A DNA stretch of 64,000 nucleotides from Thermodesulfovibrionales bacterium (GTDB lineage Bacteria > Nitrospirota > Thermodesulfovibrionia > Thermodesulfovibrionales > SM23-35), in NCBI GenBank assembly GCA_963716185.1, contig OY970295.1, forward strand, positions 1,080,356-1,144,355. The letters are read 5' to 3'. Both the position numbers and the translations under genes were made by a program. Of this stretch, positions 1-9,566 are shown piece after piece (position 1 is the first letter of the stretch; each line of letters starts with the position of its first letter). The notes beneath the pieces are model-generated. The model was not told the origin of the DNA and did not search any database. It saw only the letters and a list, made by a program, of their open reading frames with translations.

Positions 1-184
1 AACCGGTAATTTTTGTTGCCGCGGGATTGACGAAAGTTGTGTTCCCCTCAGAATCGACGCCGTAAACACCCTCTCCCATTACGTCGAGGATCAACTTGAA
101 CTGTCCGGCTTCGCGTTCGAACCTTTTTCCCATCCGTTTGCGGTCGGCCCTTTTCTGTTCGCTCCTTACGGTTTTCTTTTCCAT
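1..184 (-). CDS. PAS-domain signalling protein, N-terminal part (gene runs off the window)
   Basis: ATG at 184..182 (minus) behind GAAAGGA. Translation MEKKTVRSEQKRADRKRMGKRFEREAGQFKLILDVMGEGVYGVDSEGNTTFVNPAATKITG shows the start of a PAS S-box. Absent from the ORF track because it is truncated and short. Confidence 0.6.
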   Translation of the reverse strand, partial: MEKKTVRSEQKRADRKRMGKRFEREAGQFKLILDVMGEGVYGVDSEGNTTFVNPAATKITG

Positions 185-321
185 ATTGTTATCCTTTCTC
201 CCAGGTTCATATTTCAGGTTTCGAATCCCGTCTTTCAAGTCTCAACTTCACTCATGCCCAAACTTTGACTCCACCTTAGACACAGGGTTTCTACTCAATT
301 TTCGACCCCGGTCAAAGTAGA

Positions 322-975
322 CTAAATCTCCTCGCGGACGATCAGTCTCTCGTCCGACAGAAGCTTTTCCCCATCAAGGACCACCGTTCTATCCCCGATA
401 ATCCCCTTTAAATATTCTTCCCTCACACCCGTAAATGTAATCGGAGCGGCCTGTAACTCGCTCGCCGCAATACTCCTCGTGCCAAGGATTGCATCCGCCA
501 GAATACCAAACTCCATCCAATCGGCACTGCTCATGGCGTGTCCCGAGTCAAGGATGATGACCTTGTTTAGATCACCCAGTCCTTTTTCCGGAAGGTCAAA
601 AAATTTCTTAATGTCGATGACCGACAATATCCGGCCGCGCACATTCACTATGCCTGCGACAAATGGCGGTAGGCCAGGAATCGGCGTGATGTCCTTGAGG
701 GAAAAGACCTCTCTCACATACGCCGACTCTATGCCGTATCTCTCCTGTGCAAGGAAGAATTCTATGACATCTAAGGAACCGCCGGTGTCTTCTTCTGTCT
801 TTTCCCCGGCAAGTTCTTTAGCGCGGGTTTTCAGGATTCTTTTCTTCTCTTCCGGCGAAGGCTCCCAGCCCCGTTCGAGAGCGCGGCCCGTTGTTTCGAG
901 GCGCTTGTAAATTTCTTTCCAGTCGACGGCCGACGTCCGTTTTTCACCGGCAAGATGCTTTTTATTCATATTCAT
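322..975 (-). CDS. cheW: CheW-like chemotaxis coupling protein
   Basis: 217 aa. CheW core LDVIEFFLAQERYGIESAYVREVFSLKDITPIPGLPPFVAGIVNVRGRILSVIDIKKFF. Start overlaps the cheR stop. Confidence 0.85.
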   Translation of the reverse strand: MNMNKKHLAGEKRTSAVDWKEIYKRLETTGRALERGWEPSPEEKKRILKTRAKELAGEKTEEDTGGSLDVIEFFLAQERYGIESAYVREVFSLKDITPIPGLPPFVAGIVNVRGRILSVIDIKKFFDLPEKGLGDLNKVIILDSGHAMSSADWMEFGILADAILGTRSIAASELQAAPITFTGVREEYLKGIIGDRTVVLDGEKLLSDERLIVREEI

Positions 976-2500
976 TACTCCTGCCGGAAGTCGAATTTAT
1001 TATCTCGATCAGCCTGCCAGCAGTAAGCCCTTCAGACGCCGCAAGTATTTCTTCCCTCCCGCGTCTGTTCAAAAGAGACAGGGCATTTTTAAAACATTTA
1101 TCCGCTTCCTTGCCTCTGCCCTGCCGCCTCATTAAATTTCCGAGCACAAAATGGGCGAGCGCAAAATCCTGATCAAGATAGAGTGACCGTTTGAGAGAGG
1201 TCACGGCCTCTCCGATTTTCCCCTGCTCCTGGAGTATGGTAGCAAGGAGATAATGCCGGTCGGGATTCGTCTTATCCAGGGACACAGCTTTCTCACTCCA
1301 CTCGAGTGCGCCGGAAAGTCTGCCCTGATTGGCATAGGTCATCGCCAGCAGCGCCATGGACTTTGAGTCGCTTTGATTCTCGGACAACAGCAGTTCAATT
1401 TTGGCAGCCGCTTCATCATAGCAGCCCCGCTCGTAAAAAACCAAAGCTTCTTCATACCTGTCCGTTAGTAATTCCACTTCGCGTTTTTCACCGGTCTCGG
1501 CAGTGACCTCCTGGGCTTTTCCGGAAAAATCAATTTCAGGCTGGAGAGCCCCGGCGTATTCAGGAGGCTCAACCCTTGCATCGAATGCGGCCCGGAACTG
1601 GTCTTCCACCGGAACAAGCGTTTCACGGGCCGGACAGTTTTTCATCTCTTTTCTAAAGAATGTTGCGCCGGGAAAGTTGACAGCCGCAAACTCCGGGAAA
1701 AGAGAACCCGATATTTCGCTCGGACTGACAATCAGCCAGCCGCTGTCGACAAGACACCTGTAAAGATTCTGAATGACCTTCCTCTGCATGCCGGGACTAA
1801 AATACATAAGCACGTTGCGGCAGAGGATGACATCCATTGCGTTTGTATTGCTTACCAGGGAGGGATAGGCATCTTCCGCGAGATTGTGATACTCAAAGGT
1901 TACCATCTCTTTAATATGACGTAATATATCGAAGCGGCTTCCTTTCGTCTTTCTGAAATACCTCTCCCGTACCCATGAAGGTGTGTCCCGGAAAGACCAT
2001 TCGCTGTATACTCCCTTTGCCGCCTTGCCGAGAAACCGCGGATTGATATCCGTGGCTAAGAGAAAGATGTTCCAGTTTTCCGGATCGGGGATCATCTTGC
2101 CGAGCAGTATGGCGATCGAATAGGGCTCCTCACCCGTGGCGCAACCCGCCGACCAGATCCTCAGGTAACGGCCGCTCCCCCGGCGGGAATCGATCAGCCG
2201 CGTCAGGACCTCCCATTCGAGAGTTTCAAAACTTTTCTTGTCGCGGAAGAAGTAGGTTTCCCCTACCGTGAGATGGCCCGCAAGAATCTCAACCTGCTCT
2301 CTTGTCAGAGGGGACGACATAAGCCATCTCGCGCAGGTTTCCTTGCTTTCGAAACCGAACTCCTTTGCCGCCGAGCCGAGCCCTCTCTCCAGGTCATGCA
2401 GACGCTCTTTCGTAAAATAAAGCCCCATCTTCCCGGCGACAAATTCACTCAGGCCGGCAAGAAGTGCATCTGCAATACTATTTGTAATATCGGGGCCCAT
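962..2500 (-). CDS. cheR: CheR-type MCP methyltransferase with C-terminal TPR repeats
   Basis: 512 aa. CheR SAM-binding region (LRIWSAGCATGEEPYSIAILL, DVILCRNVLMYF), then about 170 aa of TPR-like repeats (YEEALVFYERGCYDEAAAKIELLL ... ALAHFVLGNLMRRQGRGKEA). Confidence 0.85.
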   Translation of the reverse strand: MGPDITNSIADALLAGLSEFVAGKMGLYFTKERLHDLERGLGSAAKEFGFESKETCARWLMSSPLTREQVEILAGHLTVGETYFFRDKKSFETLEWEVLTRLIDSRRGSGRYLRIWSAGCATGEEPYSIAILLGKMIPDPENWNIFLLATDINPRFLGKAAKGVYSEWSFRDTPSWVRERYFRKTKGSRFDILRHIKEMVTFEYHNLAEDAYPSLVSNTNAMDVILCRNVLMYFSPGMQRKVIQNLYRCLVDSGWLIVSPSEISGSLFPEFAAVNFPGATFFRKEMKNCPARETLVPVEDQFRAAFDARVEPPEYAGALQPEIDFSGKAQEVTAETGEKREVELLTDRYEEALVFYERGCYDEAAAKIELLLSENQSDSKSMALLAMTYANQGRLSGALEWSEKAVSLDKTNPDRHYLLATILQEQGKIGEAVTSLKRSLYLDQDFALAHFVLGNLMRRQGRGKEADKCFKNALSLLNRRGREEILAASEGLTAGRLIEIINSTSGRSNEYE

Positions 2501-2503
2501 TTT

Positions 2504-2974
2504 CTAATCCCTTCCTGTTGTCTTTCGCATCGCGCGCTCCAATGCCTTCTCCTCTTTCAGCGAGAGGAACCCGTCGAGGTCGTGAATGAGAACCATTCCG
2601 TCATCGAGCTTCAGCACGCCCTCCACATATTCCGTGCCCGGCACAATTTTTTCAGCCCGGACAATTCTGTCTTTAGATTGTTCAGTGACGCCGTTTACGG
2701 AATCCACGATGAGCGCTACCGCCCTCGTGGCTGTATTAGCTATAATCAATTGATCACTCAGACCTATTTCGCACTCTTTCAGACGGAACCGCTTACGAGT
2801 GTCGACCACGGGGATGATGCGTCCGTGCATGTTGATCACGCCAAGAACGATCTCCGGGGCTTTAGGCAGCGGCGTTATTTCGATGACGCGGACCACTCGT
2901 TCGACTGCAGACAGATGAAGCGCATACTTCTGTTCATCCAGGGTAAAAACGAGTAATTGTTCAGCCTCTTCCAT
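2504..2974 (-). CDS. cheW: CheW chemotaxis coupling protein
   Basis: 156 aa. LVFTLDEQKYALHLSAVERVVRVIEITPLPKAPEIVLGVINMHGRIIPVVDTRKRF. Confidence 0.85.
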   Translation of the reverse strand: MEEAEQLLVFTLDEQKYALHLSAVERVVRVIEITPLPKAPEIVLGVINMHGRIIPVVDTRKRFRLKECEIGLSDQLIIANTATRAVALIVDSVNGVTEQSKDRIVRAEKIVPGTEYVEGVLKLDDGMVLIHDLDGFLSLKEEKALERAMRKTTGRD

Positions 2975-3010
2975 TTTTCAAATGATATCCTACAACAAAA
3001 AAAAAGAAAA

Positions 3011-3219
3011 GTTAATCCAAAAACTGCAATTCACTGAATATCCGGGGAGGCATAGTGGCAGAAAAAGCTTGACAGCAGCACCTTTGTGGGCGCTCAGATA
3101 TCAAGGTAGCCCGAATATTTTTATTCAGAAGAAATATATGGTAGAAAACCCAAATTCTGCATCGTCAAGATTTTTGTGTCACTATGCCTGCCTGAATCTG
3201 AGATCAACCGCATTTTTCG
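3011..3219 (+). repeat. Structured intergenic repeat family, full copy 1 (candidate sRNA or MITE)
   Basis: About 85% identical over its flanks to 57175..57392. Promoter-like TTAATC-N17-TGAATA (3011-3039). 5' arm GGCATAGTGGCAGAAAAAGCTTGAC (3048-) pairs with GTCAAGATTTTTGTGTCACTATGCC (-3187), with a G.U pair valid only on the plus strand. Confidence 0.6.
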
Positions 3220-3277
3220 GTCAATAATTTATTTTACTTGGATACTCGAATGATAAACAGGAAATCGGTTTCCCTCA

Positions 3278-4000
3278 TCATTTCCTTCCGCCGTAGACGC
3301 AGAATATCCCGTATTTGTAAAAGCAATCCACATCCCTGAACCCTGTTTCACACAGCGCATTCAGCTGATCCTTCAGGGTATCGGGTTTATTGTCTTTGTT
3401 TTCTTTATATCTGTAAATGATGTCGTCATAAGAACCATTTTCTATCCCCAGAGAGGTTTTCTTTTCATTTATCCATTCTTTCCATAGCGGCATATACCAT
3501 TGATCAAGAGCTTCCGAGGGCGCAAGGACGACATCGATATTCGCGAAACAACCGCCGGGACTGAGATGCGAATAAACCTTCCTGAAAAGAGATCTTTTCT
3601 CAGCCATCATCAGATGGTGTATCGCCAGTGATGAGACGACAAAATCAAAACGCTCTTTTAAAATATCCTTGTACAAAACATCCTGAAAGCTTGCGCGGAC
3701 GTACCGGACATTCTCAAACTTCTTCAACCGCTCCCTGGCACTGTTCAACATATCCTCGGAGCCGTCAAGCAGCGTGGCCGACACCGGACCTTCAACCTTT
3801 AAGATCTCCTGCGTAACAACGCCGTCTCCGCACCCGAGATCAAGCATCGTTCTTTGCTGCCTTTCTTTCATGAAATACCGGTAGAAGGACTGCACAACGG
3901 CAAACAACCTTCTCCGTTCTATTACAAAAACTTCGGCGTTGTCCCTGTATGCCCGGGCAAAATCCGGCTTGGCCCACTGGGAGTTATTGAAGTCTGTCAT
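3278..4000 (-). CDS. class I SAM-dependent methyltransferase
   Basis: 240 aa. Motif I MLDLGCGDGVVTQEIL and post-I/II spacing typical of Methyltransf_11/25 proteins. Confidence 0.75.
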   Translation of the reverse strand: MTDFNNSQWAKPDFARAYRDNAEVFVIERRRLFAVVQSFYRYFMKERQQRTMLDLGCGDGVVTQEILKVEGPVSATLLDGSEDMLNSARERLKKFENVRYVRASFQDVLYKDILKERFDFVVSSLAIHHLMMAEKRSLFRKVYSHLSPGGCFANIDVVLAPSEALDQWYMPLWKEWINEKKTSLGIENGSYDDIIYRYKENKDNKPDTLKDQLNALCETGFRDVDCFYKYGIFCVYGGRK

Positions 4001-4016
4001 AATTTATTCACTCCTT

Positions 4017-4790
4017 TCATAATTTCTCCGCAAAGGCGAAGAGTCTCCTGAAGTCGAATTCAATCCCCTTTTCCGTCCTGTTGTTCTCATCGCTCATCGA
4101 AACGGCATATTTGAAATATTCCTGCTCTTTGGGAGGCAGCATCTCAAGGAATGGCCTCAGACCCGCCGATGTCCACCAGTCAAGGACTCCATTAATAGAA
4201 TCGAATATGATCCTGTAATCCTTGCAGAAGACGTCGGTCTTCCCGAACCCCGCTTCTTTCAGAATAGTCTCATATTCCTCTTTGTCCGGCAGATACCATG
4301 GCGACCGCCATTCTTCAAAGTATCTCTCAAAGCCGAGCATCGATATTGCCTCACCGGTATAATCGAAAAATTCCTTGCAGAAATTTTTTGCAGGAAGCTG
4401 AAAAGCGATCCACCCACCCGTCTTCAGCGACCGATGAATTAATCCGATTGCCTTCTTTTGGTTTTCCACCCACTGCAATGCCGAATTCGAAAATGCGAGG
4501 TCGAATTCTCCGGCAAAATCCATCGACTCCGCAGCAACTTGCACAAAGTTTATATTTCCGGTTTCTGCGGAAACATTTTTTGCTTTTTCAAGCATGTCCT
4601 GAGATGGATCAATTCCTGTTACAAAGCCATTTGACGCGAGACGGGCGAGTTCAATTGTAAGTTTTCCAGTGCCGCAGCCGATGTCGAGCACCGAATCGGT
4701 CTCCCGTACCTCTGCCATCGCGACAAGCTCTCTGCCCGCATCGACCTGAGGAGCTTTCACCGAGTCATATTTTTCAGCGTCCCATCTCAT
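4017..4790 (-). CDS. SAM-dependent methyltransferase (trans-aconitate-MTase-like)
   Basis: MRWDAEKYDSVKAPQVDAGRELV...VLDIGCGTGKLTIELA. Start placed at ATG 4790, directly behind GGAGGTG, rather than the track start at 4817. Confidence 0.75.
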   Translation of the reverse strand: MRWDAEKYDSVKAPQVDAGRELVAMAEVRETDSVLDIGCGTGKLTIELARLASNGFVTGIDPSQDMLEKAKNVSAETGNINFVQVAAESMDFAGEFDLAFSNSALQWVENQKKAIGLIHRSLKTGGWIAFQLPAKNFCKEFFDYTGEAISMLGFERYFEEWRSPWYLPDKEEYETILKEAGFGKTDVFCKDYRIIFDSINGVLDWWTSAGLRPFLEMLPPKEQEYFKYAVSMSDENNRTEKGIEFDFRRLFAFAEKL

Positions 4791-4810
4791 GCTGCACCTC
4801 CAAAATAAAA

Positions 4811-4835
4811 AGGCCACGGGTTAATTCCGTGGCCT
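4811..4835 (-). terminator. Hairpin terminator downstream of the RND operon (bidirectional shape)
   Basis: AGGCCACGG-N7-CCGTGGCCT, 9-bp GC-rich stem. On the minus strand it is followed by TTTTATTTTG, on the plus strand by TTAAGTTTTTT. Confidence 0.55.
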
Positions 4836-4989
4836 TTAAGTTTTTTCTATTTATCCGACTAACAGCTAATAGAAGCCCCCTTCGGCCACGGCATTAAAAT
4901 GCCATGGATTTCTGAGAAGTCTTTTTGCTATCAGTCGATTGCAACACATGATTTAAAATATACCCGCTTCAATTTTATGTCAAGAAAAA

Positions 4990-5019
4990 TTGATCCAAAA
5001 CTGCAATTCACTCAAATAT
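4990..5019 (+). promoter_or_regulatory. Partial copy of the conserved promoter-like module (site B)
   Basis: TTGATC-CAAAACTGCAATTCAC-TCAAATAT. The spacer is identical to sites at 3017, 57181 and 58980 (minus) apart from one missing A. It points antisense into the 3' end of the RND pump gene. Confidence 0.4.
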
Positions 5020-5034
5020 CCGCCATCGCTTTTT

Positions 5035-8000
5035 TTACGAGATATCGCCGCTCTTGGCACCTGGAGGCCCGGTTTCTGAAGACGGTTTTTTGCGATTTCT
5101 CAGCCGTTCGCTCAGGCTCTCCATGACCACGTAAAAAACGGGCACAAACGGGATGGCCAGAAGAGTGGAAGCGAGCATGCCGCCGAACACAACAGTACCG
5201 ATGGCTCGTTGGCCGGCTGATCCCGCCCCGAAGGCGATTACGAGCGGCGCCACGCCCAAAATAAAGGCAAATGAAGTCATTACTATTGGACGGAACCGCC
5301 TGCGTGTTGCCTCAATGGCTGCCTCGGCTATGGACATTCCTCCATGGTGCAGGTCGCGTGCAAATTCTACGATGAGAATTGCGTTTTTGCTTGCCAGGGC
5401 GATCATCAGCACCAAGCCAACCTGCGTGTAAAGGTTGTTGTCGTAACCCCGGGTGATAAGGGCCAGAAGGACCCCGACCAGCGCCATTGGTACAACCAGG
5501 ATGACCGCTGCCGGCGAAGTCCAGCTTTCGTATAGGGCGGCAAGCACCATGTATACAAGGATAATAGACAATGCATAAATAAAGTAAGCCTGGGAGCCTA
5601 CCTTTTTCTCCTGGTAGCTCGTGGACGTCCATTCATAGGCCATGCCCTCAGGCAGCGTTTTGTCGGCCTCCTGCTCCATCAGGCTGAGGGCCTGGCCGGA
5701 GCTGAATCCGGGAGCGGCTGAGCCGAAAATGGTTGCCGCCGGGTAGAGGTTGTAACGAGTGATCAGCTCGGACCCCTGGACACGCTTGACATCTATGAGT
5801 GATCCCATGGGTACCATCTCCCCCACCTGGTTGCGGACGTAGAGATTTCTTATGTCCTCGGACCGCAGGCGATAACGGTTGTCGGCTTGGATGTAGACCT
5901 GGAACACCTGGTTGTATTTATTGAACAGGTTGACAAACGAGGAGCCGAGATAAGACTGAAGGGTGTCGAACACATCCGACAGGGGGACTTGCAGGGACTC
6001 CGCCTTGGTGCGGTTGATATTCAGATAGATCTGGGGGCTGCCGACGCTTAAGGTAGTGGCAAGGCCCCCGAGACTCGATTGAGAATTTCCCGCCTGGACG
6101 AGCTCGTCCGTTGCGCGCTTGAGTTCAGCCAGACCGAGGCTGCCGCGGTCTTCAACCATCATCTGGAAACCGCCTGTCTGGCCCAGCCCCCTGATCGGCG
6201 GCGGTATCACTATAAAAGCCTGCGCGTCCTGCAGCCGGAAAAGTTCACGGTTGATGCTCGAGATAATCCTGTCCTGGCTCAGCGCGGTGCTGCGATCTTG
6301 CCAGTCTTTATAAACAACAAAAGTCGTAGAAACGTTAGAGACGTTGGCGCCGTCCAGTATCGACAGTCCCCCTATGGTCACCCAAAAATCGACTCCGGCT
6401 GTCTTCTTGAGGATGTCGTTGATCTGCTCTGCCAACTCCTGCAACCTCGGCTGTGATGCGCCTTCGGGCAAACGCGCTACCAGGACGCCGTAACCCTGGT
6501 CCTCAGTCGGCAGGAAACCTGTGGGGCGTGTGAGAAACAACATGAATGATAGGGTGATGATGATTAAAAAGACAATGACAGACAGCGCCGGATGCCTGAC
6601 CATCCGACTTACGGCTCCTATATAGACATTAGTCATGGACTGAAAGACCCTGTTGAACCCCCGGTAAAACCAATTCACAGGTTTCTCCCCACGGGGCTTC
6701 AACCAGAAAGCGCATTGCACCGGTTTCAAAGTAAGAGCGTTAATGGCGCTGATAACGGCAATAGAAGCGATGACCAACGCAAACTGGCGGAAAATCTGTC
6801 CTGTGATGCCCGGCAGGAAAGCCGCGGGCAGGAAGACTGAAACAAGGGCAAGCGTTATCCCCATCACCGGTCCGGTCAGTTCCTGCATGGCCTTGATAGT
6901 GGCCTCCTTGGGAGGCAACCCCCTTTCTATATAGTAGGAGCTGTTCTCCACGATTACGATAGCGTCGTCCACTACGATGCCGATGGCCAGAACCAGCGCG
7001 AACAAGGTCATGAGGTTTATAGTGAAACCGAGAGCGGCTATGGCTATGAACGTGCCGATGAGGGTGACGGGGACTGTAGTTGCCGGTACCAGCATCGCCC
7101 GGAAGTTCTGCAAAAAGAGAAGGATTACGATAAGCACAAGCGCCGCTGCTATGAACAGCGTCTCATACACCTTGGTGATCGCTTCCCGGACAAATCTGGT
7201 GGTGTCGTAGCGGATCGCATATTTCAGGCCGTCTGGAAATTTTTTGCTCATCTCTGCCATGGCTTTGTAAACACTATCGGCGACCTGGATGGCGTTTGCA
7301 TCAGGCAGGGAGAAGATCACAATCTGGGCCGACTTGTGACCGGTGAATTTCGAAAAATTGCTGAAGCTTTGCTGGCTCAGGTCGACCCGGGCTATGTCGC
7401 GCAGCCGCACGATCTGCGCTGCAGATCCGGTCGCTGTTTTGACGATGATATCTTCAAACTGACTCGCATCGGACAGGCGGCCAAGAGCGGTAATGGTCAA
7501 TTGAAAAAGTTGATCTTTCGGGACCGGCGGAGCGCCGAGCTGCCCGGCGGCAACCTCCACGTTCTGGCCCTTTATGGCCGTTAGAACATCGGCTGTCGTA
7601 AGCCCGAAGGACTGAAGTCTCTTGGGGTCCAGCCAAACCCGCATACTGTAAGGGCCGGCGCCAAAGACCCTCACCTGGCCGATGCCCGGAAGCCGGGCCA
7701 GAGGATTTTGCAGGCTGATGACGCCGTAGTTGGAAAGAAAAATCTCTTTGAACCGTTCGTCATCCGAATAGAGGCTGACCACCAGTAAAATGTTTGGCGA
7801 GACCTTTCTGACCGTGACTCCCTGCTGCTGGGCTCCTCCGGGTAACTGTGACAGGGAACCGTTAACAAGGTTTTGCACCAAAGTGAGAGATCTGTCGAGG
7901 TCCGTCCCGACGTCGAAGGTAATCGTCAACGCGTATGAGCCGTCGCTGCCGCTCGTGGAAGACATATAGATAGACCCCTCGACGCCGTTGACCGCCTGTT

Positions 8001-8199
8001 CGATTGGGACGCCGATGGTAGCCGCTACTACATCTGCGCTGGCTCCGGGATAACGGGATGTCACCTGAATAGTAGGCGGAACGATCTGGGGATACTGGGC
8101 CACAGGCAGACGGTTGAGAAAAACAAGCCCGATGATGACCGTCACAAGCGCTATAACGTTCGCCAGTATGGGCCGCTCAATAAAAAATTTGGAGATCAC
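5035..8199 (-). CDS. RND efflux transporter permease (AcrB/HAE1 type)
   Basis: 1054 aa. N-terminus MISKFFIERPILANVIALV, two large periplasmic loops and 12 predicted TM segments. Operon with adaptor and outer-membrane factor. Confidence 0.9.
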   Translation of the reverse strand: MISKFFIERPILANVIALVTVIIGLVFLNRLPVAQYPQIVPPTIQVTSRYPGASADVVAATIGVPIEQAVNGVEGSIYMSSTSGSDGSYALTITFDVGTDLDRSLTLVQNLVNGSLSQLPGGAQQQGVTVRKVSPNILLVVSLYSDDERFKEIFLSNYGVISLQNPLARLPGIGQVRVFGAGPYSMRVWLDPKRLQSFGLTTADVLTAIKGQNVEVAAGQLGAPPVPKDQLFQLTITALGRLSDASQFEDIIVKTATGSAAQIVRLRDIARVDLSQQSFSNFSKFTGHKSAQIVIFSLPDANAIQVADSVYKAMAEMSKKFPDGLKYAIRYDTTRFVREAITKVYETLFIAAALVLIVILLFLQNFRAMLVPATTVPVTLIGTFIAIAALGFTINLMTLFALVLAIGIVVDDAIVIVENSSYYIERGLPPKEATIKAMQELTGPVMGITLALVSVFLPAAFLPGITGQIFRQFALVIASIAVISAINALTLKPVQCAFWLKPRGEKPVNWFYRGFNRVFQSMTNVYIGAVSRMVRHPALSVIVFLIIITLSFMLFLTRPTGFLPTEDQGYGVLVARLPEGASQPRLQELAEQINDILKKTAGVDFWVTIGGLSILDGANVSNVSTTFVVYKDWQDRSTALSQDRIISSINRELFRLQDAQAFIVIPPPIRGLGQTGGFQMMVEDRGSLGLAELKRATDELVQAGNSQSSLGGLATTLSVGSPQIYLNINRTKAESLQVPLSDVFDTLQSYLGSSFVNLFNKYNQVFQVYIQADNRYRLRSEDIRNLYVRNQVGEMVPMGSLIDVKRVQGSELITRYNLYPAATIFGSAAPGFSSGQALSLMEQEADKTLPEGMAYEWTSTSYQEKKVGSQAYFIYALSIILVYMVLAALYESWTSPAAVILVVPMALVGVLLALITRGYDNNLYTQVGLVLMIALASKNAILIVEFARDLHHGGMSIAEAAIEATRRRFRPIVMTSFAFILGVAPLVIAFGAGSAGQRAIGTVVFGGMLASTLLAIPFVPVFYVVMESLSERLRNRKKPSSETGPPGAKSGDIS

Positions 8200-9566
8200 T
8201 TTGCCCTTGTTTCTCCGGAGGACGCGGAGTTTTTTCCGGAAGGAACATTTTCTCGCTCCGGTGAGACCCGCCGTCCGGGGGCGGCTTTCAGCAAGCCTTT
8301 AACTATGACCCATTCCTTTCCGGTGAGGCCTTCTTCGATGACACGCATCTGTTCCACAAGGGGGCCGGACTTCACGCCTCGGCGCTCTACCAGACTCTTG
8401 TCGTTGACAATGAGGACATATGATCCCTGCTGGTCGCTGCCGAGAGCCGCATCAGGCACCAGCAGTGCAATCTGCTTCTCAAGAGGCACACGCACGCGGG
8501 CGTACAAACCGGGCAGAATCTTCCCTGCAGGATTTCGAAAGACCCCCCGCATCAACAGGGTACCGGTAGTGGAGGTGAGGCTGGTAGCGGCAAAATCGAG
8601 ACGGCCCCTGTGCGGATAGTCATCTTCTTTGACCAGGCCGATAAATACAGGCCATTTTTTTGCGTTTGCCAGTCCCGGTATCCCGTGCGTACTTTTCATC
8701 AGGCGGGCCAGGTCGACGTCACTGATTGTGAAATAGACATAGATGGGGTCGATCTGGCTAAGCTGGGCCAGCACCGTATTGTTTGCCGCGGATCCGACCA
8801 GATTGCCCGGGTCCTGCAATCTTCGGTCTATCCTGCCGTCAAAAGGAGATGTGACCCGGGTATAATCCAGGTTAAGTCTGGCCAGGTCCCTGGCAGCTTC
8901 TGCCGCCTTCAGGTTGGCTCTGGCGGAATCCCGCTGATACCGCCAATTGTCAACGTCCGTTTGTGCGGCAGCCTTCTCAGGCAATAGATTGGTGTAACGG
9001 TCAAATTGGCTCTGGGCGTACGCCATCTGGGCTTTTAGAGCGGATACCTGGCCCTCAGCCTGCTCAAGTCCTGCTATATAAGTATTCTGCTGGATGAGAA
9101 AAAGCAATTCGCCTTTTTTGACCATTTGTCCGTCTTGAAAGAAAACTTTGTCGAGATACCCCGGGACGCGGGCTACCAACTGCGCCGTATTAACCGCCTG
9201 CGTATTGCCGGTCAACTCCAAATAATCCGTTACTTCACGCTGCACGGGCTGGGAGACGGTGACTTCCGGCGGAGGGGGGGGCGCCTGAGTCTTCTTTCCA
9301 CAGCCGGCCGGTAGGAGAAGGAAAAACAATAATATGGCGCAGGTCGTGATGACGTGAAACGGATAGCGAGCGCATTCCCCATTGCTTGTGCTTGATAAGG
9401 GGTTAGTGAGCGAATATGATAAAGAAGGATTCCTTACGTTAAGATACCCTGTGGTCTTGCAGGGTTCTTCATTCTGCTGTAAGGTCCTTTTTTTTCCGCA
9501 AGCCATTATTTTACCTCCGTGCTTACTTCGCTCACGCTGCTCCGATCTATCATTCACCGTTACCAA
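8196..9566 (-). CDS. RND efflux periplasmic adaptor (membrane fusion protein)
   Basis: Lipobox LLLPAGCG followed by an HlyD/AcrA-type coiled-coil and barrel region (VARVPGYLDKVFFQDGQMVKKGELLFLIQ). Stop overlaps the pump start. The track start is a TTG overlapping the OMF stop, so the true start is uncertain. Confidence 0.8.
   Translation of the reverse strand: MVTVNDRSEQRERSKHGGKIMACGKKRTLQQNEEPCKTTGYLNVRNPSLSYSLTNPLSSTSNGECARYPFHVITTCAILLFFLLLPAGCGKKTQAPPPPPEVTVSQPVQREVTDYLELTGNTQAVNTAQLVARVPGYLDKVFFQDGQMVKKGELLFLIQQNTYIAGLEQAEGQVSALKAQMAYAQSQFDRYTNLLPEKAAAQTDVDNWRYQRDSARANLKAAEAARDLARLNLDYTRVTSPFDGRIDRRLQDPGNLVGSAANNTVLAQLSQIDPIYVYFTISDVDLARLMKSTHGIPGLANAKKWPVFIGLVKEDDYPHRGRLDFAATSLTSTTGTLLMRGVFRNPAGKILPGLYARVRVPLEKQIALLVPDAALGSDQQGSYVLIVNDKSLVERRGVKSGPLVEQMRVIEEGLTGKEWVIVKGLLKAAPGRRVSPERENVPSGKNSASSGETRAK

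Noticed and set aside
3069-3100. TTGACA inside the repeat box (TTGACAGCAGCACC...) as a -35 element
   Set aside because: No acceptable -10 hexamer lies at 16-19 nt downstream in copies 1 or 2. In copy 3 the TTGACA is not preserved.
2982-3227. 81-aa track ORF (and its counterpart, the 70-aa ORF at 57232-57444) as a conserved small protein
   Set aside because: The nucleotide stretch GTAGAAAA(A)CCCAAATTCTG shared by both copies is read in different frames in the two ORFs, because an indel is not a multiple of three locally. Conservation also extends beyond both ORF ends. The signal is therefore at the DNA/RNA level, not protein.
8196-9566. Shorter internal start for the RND adaptor just before its lipobox
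   Set aside because: No in-frame ATG/GTG/TTG exists between M21 and the signal peptide, so the long N-terminus or the TTG at 9566 has to be accepted for now.
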